Source: Hormoscilla sp.
GTDB lineage: Bacteria > Cyanobacteriota > Cyanobacteriia > Cyanobacteriales > Desertifilaceae
NCBI GenBank assembly: GCA_051439505.1
Contig: JBFRWI010000133.1
Coordinates: forward strand, 1 to 13,569
Direction: 5' to 3'
Length of the DNA stretch: 13,569 nucleotides
Made by a program: the position numbers and the translations under genes. The stretch's first letter is position 1, and each line of letters begins with the position of its first letter. Under the pieces are notes generated by a model. It had not been told where the DNA came from, searched no databases, and worked only from the letters and a program-made list of their open reading frames with translations. Positions 6,778 to 13,569 of this stretch are shown here, piece by piece.

Positions 6778-7035
6778 ATGAGTTTTGAAAGTTTTGAAAT
6801 GATGGTGTTTCGGGAATGTCCATTGGGTCAAGAGATTTTGCAAGAAGGGAGGTACGAAGGAGCGCAGCAGATGCTGCGACGCTTGCTCCAGCACCGGTTT
6901 GGTGAGGGATCGGAGTCCATACATGCTAACCTACAATGCTTGAGCTTGGAAGAATTAAAAACCTTGGCAGAAAAGCTTTTTGAAGTCAATTCTCTAGAGG
7001 AGTTGAAAGGCTACATTTATGCGATCGAAGATTGA
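6778..7035 (+). CDS. Stand-alone DUF4351-like protein, paralog of the Rpn C-terminal domain, 85 aa
   Basis: EMMVFRECPLGQEILQEG...QMLRRLLQHRFG..SESIHANLQCLSLEEL....VNSLEE aligns with the Rpn C-terminus. 22 identical bp at 6275-6296 and 6796-6817. Purine-rich AGGATAAGAGAT precedes ATG 6778. Confidence 0.8.
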   Translation: MSFESFEMMVFRECPLGQEILQEGRYEGAQQMLRRLLQHRFGEGSESIHANLQCLSLEELKTLAEKLFEVNSLEELKGYIYAIED

Positions 7036-7110
7036 GGCATTATTCACTGCAAATTATTCCATCTGAAGCGGTTGCCCCATTCACAATTAAAATTCACAAT
7101 TGACAAACCT

Positions 7111-8952
7111 ATGCCAGAATCTTTAGCCGATCGCTACTTTACCGTAATCGACCAAATCGTCCAAATCACCCTGAAAGGACAGATCCGTTCTAAGGAACAA
7201 GTCTATCAAATTCTCACCCAAGAGATCGACAGGGGTACGGGGGAAATATTTGAAAGATGCCTGTCGGAACGTCTGAGTGAAGTACAATATTTGGTAGATA
7301 ATAATTTAGAACCGGCCACAGCAACCCGCCGTCTCAGGGCAATTAAGACTATTGAGAAGGAATGGGAACGCGCTGCAAAGGAAAATCGCATATCCCGTGC
7401 GATCGCGGCGGGGGTTGCACAAATAACTACTGCTGCACCCGATCGCCGACTTTTGGCTTTAACCCGGGTTATCGACCCGAACCGCCAGGATCCTCTGACT
7501 TTAGATCAATTACAACAACTGGCCCAAGCTTTACAAAAGTCCGGTGGCGATCCTGACCTGCAAGAAGAATTACAATTATTTGCTAATGGGATCGATCGGG
7601 GAATAAAATCTTGGCGGCGACTGCAAGATTATCTGGTCAGTTGGATGTACGATCGAGGAGAAAGTTCCTTGGGGTTTGACAGAACCCAAAGCGGTCCTTG
7701 GGCCCTGTGGGCAAAGTTGGTAAACAGTCCAGTACCCCAGCAACTGTTCCAAACTTTAGCATTAAATCAACCGATCGAGGAAGTTGCCGCCCAACAAACT
7801 AGGGATATGTCAGTCAGTTGGATCGAACTGGCAGTAATTTTACAATGCTTGCAACGGGGGCTAGTGCAATTTTTCGACCAACGGGTTTACAATGCTAAAT
7901 TAGGGGCGCAACTTTCCATTTCTACCTTTCTTACTTTTGCCGTCATTTGGTCTCGGTTAGGGAATGGGTTTAACCAGGCGAGTATGGGCCGCCCTTATGT
8001 TGATAGCAGTTTTCAAATCGCCTTGCAAATTCTGCGCAGCTTTTCTGGGCGGGAATATTTTCCCCTCTATGGCGGTATTTTTGCCTCTTTTACCGGAGAA
8101 GTCCTCAAGGATGCTATCGAGTATTTAGACCAACCCCTCCGCCGGGTGGAAGGAACTGATGGTAAAGCCCGCATTCTCACTTTGCTGGGTTATTCCCTGC
8201 GGGCCCAAGGTCGATACGATCGGGCCATTGCTTTCCACGAACAGGCCCTGGCCATTGCCCAACATGAAAGCGATCGCCCCTGTGAAATTGCCAGTTACAA
8301 TCATCTGAGTCGCATCTACGTCGCCCAAAAAAATTATGCTGAAGCCATCAATTACAGTCAACGGGCCTTAATTTTGAGCCGCCAAACCGGCGATCGCTTG
8401 GGAGAAGCAAATGCCCTGTCCAATTTAGGCTACAGTCAAGTCTTGCAGGGACAGCAACTAGAACGGATGGAACCAGAGATTTACCAGACTGCGATCGCTT
8501 ACCTGGAACAAGGGTTAGAGTTATCGAAGCGACTCCAGGACGGTCAAAGTAAATCTCTCTGTCTGAGTAGTCTGGGCATTGCTAAGATTATTTTAGCAGA
8601 ATTTGCTGCTGCGATTCCGTACCTGGAAGCAAGCCTGAAAGCCGCCCAATTTTCCGGAGACCTATACCTCCAAGGTCTTAGTTTCGCTCATTTAGCGGAA
8701 GCTTACTACAACCTGAAAGACGAAAGTCAAGCCATTTATGCCGGTTGCTTGGGAATGTATCTTTTAGAGCAAATTGGGGCCACTGAATGGCGACAACCTG
8801 CTGGGTTAATAGCAATTTTACAGGGAAAAATCGGTGTGGAAGCTTTTCAGATACAATTGAGTCAGCATCGGCGAAAAATGATTGCTGTCATTGGTGTTGA
8901 TGGTTATGATTACATCCCGGAACTCTTGGAATATTATCAGAGTGACCTGTAA
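7111..8952 (+). CDS. Tetratricopeptide repeat protein, ~613 aa
   Basis: C-terminal TPR motifs (LLGYSLRAQGRYDRAIAFHEQALAIA; HLSRIYVAQKNYAEAINYSQRAL; GDRLGEANALSNLG). ATG 7111 preferred over TTG 7072. Confidence 0.88.
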   Translation: MPESLADRYFTVIDQIVQITLKGQIRSKEQVYQILTQEIDRGTGEIFERCLSERLSEVQYLVDNNLEPATATRRLRAIKTIEKEWERAAKENRISRAIAAGVAQITTAAPDRRLLALTRVIDPNRQDPLTLDQLQQLAQALQKSGGDPDLQEELQLFANGIDRGIKSWRRLQDYLVSWMYDRGESSLGFDRTQSGPWALWAKLVNSPVPQQLFQTLALNQPIEEVAAQQTRDMSVSWIELAVILQCLQRGLVQFFDQRVYNAKLGAQLSISTFLTFAVIWSRLGNGFNQASMGRPYVDSSFQIALQILRSFSGREYFPLYGGIFASFTGEVLKDAIEYLDQPLRRVEGTDGKARILTLLGYSLRAQGRYDRAIAFHEQALAIAQHESDRPCEIASYNHLSRIYVAQKNYAEAINYSQRALILSRQTGDRLGEANALSNLGYSQVLQGQQLERMEPEIYQTAIAYLEQGLELSKRLQDGQSKSLCLSSLGIAKIILAEFAAAIPYLEASLKAAQFSGDLYLQGLSFAHLAEAYYNLKDESQAIYAGCLGMYLLEQIGATEWRQPAGLIAILQGKIGVEAFQIQLSQHRRKMIAVIGVDGYDYIPELLEYYQSDL

Positions 8953-8980
8953 TACCATTTATTAATTAGTCTCCGGGCCC

Positions 8981-9030
8981 GCCGTGGGTTAAAACCCACG
9001 GCTAAAAGCTAAAGTCGGTTAAAACCGACT
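8981..9030. repeat. Double-hairpin REP-like element, copy 1 (may also act as terminator between convergent genes)
   Basis: GCCGTGGGTT-AA-AACCCACGGC, TAAAAGCTAA, AGTCGGTT-AA-AACCGACT. Near-identical to 11341-11390. Confidence 0.88.
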
Positions 9031-9094
9031 GGGAAAATTGTCGAGAAAGGATAATGATTTACTCATCGTTAATTTGTAATTTGGAATTGCTTAT

Positions 9095-9625
9095 CTATGG
9101 TTGTACGATCACGGGCGTTCCGACTTTGACGAGAGAAAATAATGCTAATATATCTTCATTAAACATTCTAATGCAGCCGTGAGATGCCGCCCGTCCCACT
9201 GTCTCTTCTTTCGGAGTCCCGTGAAACCCGATCGCATTGGTGCCGTCTGTCCAAAACCCGATCCACCTATTTCCTAAAGGATTATCCGGTCCTGGGGGGA
9301 CAATTTCCCCCGTTAAGGGATGTTCCCAAGTAGGATTTTTCAGCATTTGTCTGACTGCAAATTCTCCTGTGGGCGTCTCCCAACCGGCACGCCCGATCGC
9401 GATCGGGTAGCTAGTTTTCAACTCTTGTCCTCGATAGACATAAACCCGGCGATCGGCCAACTTAATCATTAAGCGAATTTGTGCAGTTTGGGGCAAAAAC
9501 CTCCCAGGGCCTCCTAGGGGAGGCAATGATGGTTGTATAATTGCCTCTTGGGCACAGGTCTGCTGTTGTCCCCCCAGCAGCACGATCGCAATTAATCCCA
9601 GATAAACTTTGGATAAACCTTTCAT
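9095..9625 (-). CDS. L,D-transpeptidase (YkuD/ErfK family), 176 aa, with N-terminal signal peptide
   Basis: YPIAIGR..WETPTGEF, PGPDNPLG.RWI, IGFHGT, catalytic ASHGCIRM, VKVGTPV. Hydrophobic N-terminus. Confidence 0.95.
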   Translation of the reverse strand: MKGLSKVYLGLIAIVLLGGQQQTCAQEAIIQPSLPPLGGPGRFLPQTAQIRLMIKLADRRVYVYRGQELKTSYPIAIGRAGWETPTGEFAVRQMLKNPTWEHPLTGEIVPPGPDNPLGNRWIGFWTDGTNAIGFHGTPKEETVGRAASHGCIRMFNEDILALFSLVKVGTPVIVQP

Positions 9626-9635
9626 TCCTTCGTTC

Positions 9636-9656
9636 GTAGTAAAGACTTTAGTCTTT
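9636..9656 (+). repeat. Short GTAG-type REP-like hairpin
   Basis: GTAGT followed by AAAGAC-TTTA-GTCTTT. Confidence 0.4.
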
Positions 9657-9671
9657 CTCGGTCTTTATCCA

Positions 9672-11315
9672 TCAAATACCCCGGACTTCTGGTGCCGCTT
9701 CAACCTGAAACACGAGAGATATCTGGGATTGAGAATAGGGTTCTAATGTGCAATCCCAGGTGCAGAAACCCCGCTCATCTGGTTGCACCTCATCGGTAGT
9801 CTTTTCTGCAAGCACCTTAACCTTTACCTGTTCTAACTCAGACACGGGAACCCGTTCCGTAATTTTAATTGTTCTCGCCTCGGCACCGATATTAGAAAGA
9901 AATAGCTTTCTGAAAATCCTCACCAGATTCCATTTCGTCTGACGATCCTCTGCCCTTTTTTCCTCTTCCGTGCGCTGTACTCGCATCGCCCCATCCGGTC
10001 CCCATCCCAGGGCGAACTTCTCTCCTGGGGCAATAAACATCACTGATGTCTTGCCCACAAACTCCGTCGATCGCACCAAGTCCACCGGACCTGCGAGAAT
10101 CGGAAACTGGCTGCTATTTGTCTGGATACTCTTGAGGATGACCTGTCGGGATACTTCTGGCATTAAAACATACTCTACCTCTGCGGTCGTGTCGAAAGCA
10201 AACAGCGGTACCCGGTAAGGACGACCGTCAGAAGGAATAGTCGCTTTGGTCGCCGGGCGGAGGTTGCGGACTTCCCCGCCATCATCTACCCCTGGTAACT
10301 CCACCGTACCCGGTTCTGCACCCGCGCCTAACCCAGTTGTTTGCATCTTTTGTTCTCGCATTTGAATGACGATCGCCTTTGATTTTTCCTTAACATTTAA
10401 GCGATCGTCTTGCAACAGAGGCGGTTCCGTACCCAGGGAAGCGCGTGCCGTCGAAAACACCAATTCCACATCATTCCAGTCTTCTCCCGTCCGCTGCCAC
10501 ACGCAACCGTCACAACGAAAAGAAAAAGTTGCATGAGGACTTTGATTTGCCGGTTGGTGGGTTGCTTGCTGCCAAAGACGGGACAAGGCATTCGGAGAAT
10601 CTTTGCTTCCTAACTGTAAGCGGGCTTGGTGCCAAGGACGCCACAAAGCATTGGGCACTACATAATCAAAATCAATCGCGCATTCTCCCCCTGTATTTAC
10701 TTCTAAATCTGCTTCTATATAAGCACTGTATACCATATCCGGGCGCGATATGGCCTTCATTCTACCCGTTAAAGCCTCCATCTTTTCCCTCAGTTCTCTT
10801 TGGGTATGATAGCTGTTTAATATTTCTCCCCGCAATTCTCGCAACTGACTAAATAGAGTTTGAAATTGCTCTCGCCAAGACTTTTGATCCAACTGTCCCC
10901 AAACTGCATCTACAGGTAATTCTTGCAAACCTTTGGCCAAGATCCTGTTCACTTGGTCGAAGCAATACTGTTTATGCTCCCCGTCTTTTTCTTTCTGCTC
11001 TAACTGGGTCTTCAGCGATCGCAACTCGGCCTCTAATTCTTGAATTTCCTCTGGTCTCTGGGACTTTTTTTCCAATATATGACGACGGACCCGCACGTCA
11101 TTAACTCTGGCACCGTCACCGCTCAACTCTGCTCTCAGAGATTTATCGGAAATTACGGGCGCAACTTTATCTACCTTAACCCGCCAGAGTCCTGCTGTCA
11201 GGTTAATCTTGCCCCTGCGTTGTATCAATGCCCGGTCTTCTAACAGCGTAACTTTAGAAACCGGCGCATCTATTGTTATTTCTTGAATCGTTGTTTTTGC
11301 TATTGCCTGCATCAC
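9672..11315 (-). CDS. DUF4139/DUF4140 domain protein (MuiA-like), 547 aa
   Basis: VSKVTLLEDRALIQRRG, coiled coil, YVVPNALWRP, QRTGEDWNDVELVFSTA, ATIPSDGRP, PILAGPV, IKITERVPVS. Confidence 0.9.
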   Translation of the reverse strand: MMQAIAKTTIQEITIDAPVSKVTLLEDRALIQRRGKINLTAGLWRVKVDKVAPVISDKSLRAELSGDGARVNDVRVRRHILEKKSQRPEEIQELEAELRSLKTQLEQKEKDGEHKQYCFDQVNRILAKGLQELPVDAVWGQLDQKSWREQFQTLFSQLRELRGEILNSYHTQRELREKMEALTGRMKAISRPDMVYSAYIEADLEVNTGGECAIDFDYVVPNALWRPWHQARLQLGSKDSPNALSRLWQQATHQPANQSPHATFSFRCDGCVWQRTGEDWNDVELVFSTARASLGTEPPLLQDDRLNVKEKSKAIVIQMREQKMQTTGLGAGAEPGTVELPGVDDGGEVRNLRPATKATIPSDGRPYRVPLFAFDTTAEVEYVLMPEVSRQVILKSIQTNSSQFPILAGPVDLVRSTEFVGKTSVMFIAPGEKFALGWGPDGAMRVQRTEEEKRAEDRQTKWNLVRIFRKLFLSNIGAEARTIKITERVPVSELEQVKVKVLAEKTTDEVQPDERGFCTWDCTLEPYSQSQISLVFQVEAAPEVRGI

Positions 11316-11340
11316 TCATTCCTCACTTCGCACTTCACCC

Positions 11341-11390
11341 GCCGGGGGTTCAAACCCCCGGCTAATAGCTAAAGTCGGTTAAAACCGACT
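11341..11390. repeat. Double-hairpin REP-like element, copy 2
   Basis: GCCGGGGGTT-CA-AACCCCCGGC, TAATAGCTAA, AGTCGGTT-AA-AACCGACT. Confidence 0.88.
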
Positions 11391-11446
11391 AATAGGATAG
11401 CGCCGAATACGCTAGATTTTTAAATCTAGATTTTTTTAAAATTATA

Positions 11447-13569
11447 TCACTCTTCCCGACGGTTTCCTCCCACTACTTCATTATCCACTAATGTCTTAAT
11501 TGTGTAATCCACCGATAACCTTTTTTCTTCTCCCGCTGGTACTTCCACCTGCCAGCGATAACCGCCCTTAATGGGAGCGTCCCTTTCTTCTTGCTCGTAC
11601 TTTTCCCATGCTGGCGACACCCGCTCTACCACTACATCTACTTTAGCATCTTGCTCCGGAATCGGCAAGCGATCGCGCACTTCGATTTTCGCGTTCCTGG
11701 ATAAACGGTTAGCAATATCTATGGTCACGTGATGGCGGAGTTCGTTAAAGGAGACCAAAGTTTCTCCAGAACGAGCTTCTTTATAGGTAGTATTACGGGC
11801 TACTTTGATCCCTTGTTCCACTCCCAGTCCCAATTCCATCTGTCCTTTGGCCGGAACTGTGGCAATATTAGTAGAGAGGATGTATTCACCATCCACATAT
11901 ACATCTGCGGGACCTGCCAATAGCGGTGCTGGCAAGGGGTTGCGCAGTTGGGCAATGCGAAATACATTTTCTTCGATGCGCGGGACGACCACATAGCGCA
12001 AGTCTACCTCTGCACTGTTACTTCTCAGGGCCACGGAATGAAATTGACCATCGCTGACCACATCAACCCGTCCTTCACCATTGTAAGCATAGTCAAAATC
12101 ACCTGCAACTTGGCGCACATCTCTGCGACCGATGAGAAGTGAAACATTGACGCAGTGTGCCTCGGCGAAAGCTTCTCGGATAACTTCCAGCACGTCGAAA
12201 TTTACAGTCACTTGCTGGCGCTTGAGGATTTCTATATAGACTTCCTCCTGAGATGGGATTTCCAATTTCCCTCGCCTTTGTTTATTTTTTGCCGCTCCCA
12301 TGCGCATCATCCCGTAGGCCAGAAAATCTGTTACAACTGTCTCTCTATCCCCTGGTGATGCCGCTGGATCCCGTTTGCTTGCGGCTCTCTCTACCCTTCT
12401 TGCCCCTGGACCCCCGCGTTTGCTTGCGGCTCTCTCTACCGTTAAATCAATATTTAAATCAAGTTTCTCCTCTAACTTTGCGCGGCGAGTCATTCTAGGA
12501 CTAGGGCTAGCAACAGTCGGACCTAATGAGGCAAATGAGACAAATGGATCTCTAGCTTCTTGCTTTTTGGCTCTTTCCGACTTCCTCTGCACAGTCCTCC
12601 TCAGTTCCGGTAACTCTGGTTCCCGTATCGGCAATGGGGCGATCGCATCTGTTTTCGCCGCAGCCAAAGAGGCTGTTTCTTTGTACCTGTCAAAATCTGC
12701 AAATAGGATCTCCGCACCCACCGGGGGGAAACGCCATCCCGCCTTTTCGATCGTCGGTTGGGCCCGTCCCAAGCGCAAAGATGGCAACTCTGGCAGTTCG
12801 CACCAAGCTTGCGGTAAAGCCGTCGAAAGTTCCAAGCTTACCCCCGACCAATCTTCTCCTGTCCGCTGACAAATTAATGCTCGGACTGCAATGCTAGCAG
12901 TATTATTCCCACTATCCAAACTGCAAACATAAGTTGGCGTCCAGAGGGCCCCGGGCACGAAATATTCTACTAGCAACCTTTGTCCTGCAACGGCAGTAAC
13001 CCCTTCATAGCTCAACTTCACCACCACAGTCTTCCGCAGTTCGTGGGATTTCGCTTCCCTCCCTGTCGAAGCTAGCATTTGCTTTTGTCGCAGTTCGTCA
13101 TAATGTTCTTGGGCAAGTCGTAACTGTTCGGTAGTTTCCCGCTTTTCGGCGATGCGCGATCGCACCTGTTCGTCCTGAAAATTCGCCAATGCCAGTCTGC
13201 TATTCAGAGGGGATGGGGGAGGTGCTTTATCCTTTTCTCCTGGTGGCCGATCGGGTACTCCCAAATGATAAAGCACTTCTATTTCATTATCGATTAGGGC
13301 GATAATATTCTCCAGCCGCTGTACTTCCTTCTGGGCCTGTCGCAGTTGGGACTCTGCTGGCGGTTTTTCTGGATCTACCACCTCCGGGACTGCTAAACCC
13401 ACCCGCACATCCGTGGCCCTAGCAGCATTCTGGTCAGACTCCGTTTCCACCCGCACCCGCACGCTGCGGGTATCCAGGGCCAGAGGCAGTCCCGCTATTT
13501 CCACCTGTTCGTCTGCTTGTTGTAACTCCGCCAACCGACTCACCGTTGCCCCGCTGGCGTATACTTTTA
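11447..13569 (-). CDS. DUF4139/DUF4140 domain protein, >706 aa (start outside window)
   Basis: Frame stays open to the window edge (KVYASGATVSR). Motifs GLPLALDTRSVRV, YFVPGALWTPTY, QRTGEDWSGVSLELSTA, VVSDGQFH, PLLAGPADVY, IEVRDRLPI. Confidence 0.9.
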   Translation of the reverse strand, partial: KVYASGATVSRLAELQQADEQVEIAGLPLALDTRSVRVRVETESDQNAARATDVRVGLAVPEVVDPEKPPAESQLRQAQKEVQRLENIIALIDNEIEVLYHLGVPDRPPGEKDKAPPPSPLNSRLALANFQDEQVRSRIAEKRETTEQLRLAQEHYDELRQKQMLASTGREAKSHELRKTVVVKLSYEGVTAVAGQRLLVEYFVPGALWTPTYVCSLDSGNNTASIAVRALICQRTGEDWSGVSLELSTALPQAWCELPELPSLRLGRAQPTIEKAGWRFPPVGAEILFADFDRYKETASLAAAKTDAIAPLPIREPELPELRRTVQRKSERAKKQEARDPFVSFASLGPTVASPSPRMTRRAKLEEKLDLNIDLTVERAASKRGGPGARRVERAASKRDPAASPGDRETVVTDFLAYGMMRMGAAKNKQRRGKLEIPSQEEVYIEILKRQQVTVNFDVLEVIREAFAEAHCVNVSLLIGRRDVRQVAGDFDYAYNGEGRVDVVSDGQFHSVALRSNSAEVDLRYVVVPRIEENVFRIAQLRNPLPAPLLAGPADVYVDGEYILSTNIATVPAKGQMELGLGVEQGIKVARNTTYKEARSGETLVSFNELRHHVTIDIANRLSRNAKIEVRDRLPIPEQDAKVDVVVERVSPAWEKYEQEERDAPIKGGYRWQVEVPAGEEKRLSVDYTIKTLVDNEVVGGNRREE
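12372..12440. repeat. In-frame 24-bp direct repeat (VERAASKR x2)
   Basis: CGTTTGCTTGCGGCTCTCTCTACC at 12372-12395 and 12417-12440. Confidence 0.9.

Larger units (their letters stand above)
1399..13163. repeat. Dispersed HIP1 octamers (GCGATCGC)
   Basis: Found by eye at about 1399, 1906, 2281, 3705, 4953, 5438, 6528, 6713, 7399, 8270, 8390, 8492, 11015, 11669, 12639 and 13156. Confidence 0.92.

Noticed and set aside
343..7035. Diversity-generating retroelement (Avd-like four-helix protein plus a TR/VR-like pair at 6275 and 6796)
   Set aside because: No reverse transcriptase in the window. Differences between the two copies involve all bases and indels rather than being adenine-specific.
11412..11440. 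Hairpin CTAGATTT-TT-AAATCTAG as an intrinsic terminator
   Set aside because: The stem is AT-rich and weak, and the T-run lies on the + strand while the flanking genes are on the - strand.
9748..12897. Numerous short ORFs inside the DUF4139 genes
   Set aside because: Antisense or alternate-frame shadows with no independent support.
13541..13543. GTG 13543 as start of the last gene
   Set aside because: The frame stays open to the window edge with the conserved N-terminal motif KVYASGATV, so the real start is outside the window.

Overview
Cyanobacterial chromosomal window, probably a filamentous Oscillatoriales-like host. This is inferred from at least 16 HIP1 GCGATCGC sites, heptamer tandem repeats, and Uma2 and Rpn genes. 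Genes in order: 3' end of an NmrA/SDR-like gene (+); four-helix-bundle protein (+); Uma2 endonuclease (-); MoxR-like AAA+ ATPase (-); 246-aa hypothetical (-); truncated VOC/glyoxalase (-); aldo/keto reductase (+); frameshifted Rpn-family nuclease (+); stand-alone copy of the Rpn C-terminal domain (+); TPR protein (+); L,D-transpeptidase (-); two DUF4139/DUF4140 proteins (-, the last running off the window). Most intergenic spaces hold small repeat elements: four alternately oriented AATTGAY arrays, a 193-bp MITE, two GTCATTGCGAG palindromic elements (one with a nested insertion), GTAG-type REP hairpins and a double-hairpin element with a compensatory base change. Best leads: (i) the four-helix-bundle gene whose start and stop codons lie inside mutually inverted heptamer arrays, and (ii) an Rpn gene followed by a free-standing duplicate of its C-terminal, antitoxin-like module that starts at a conserved RBS+ATG. 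All family calls come from motif recognition, not database searches.
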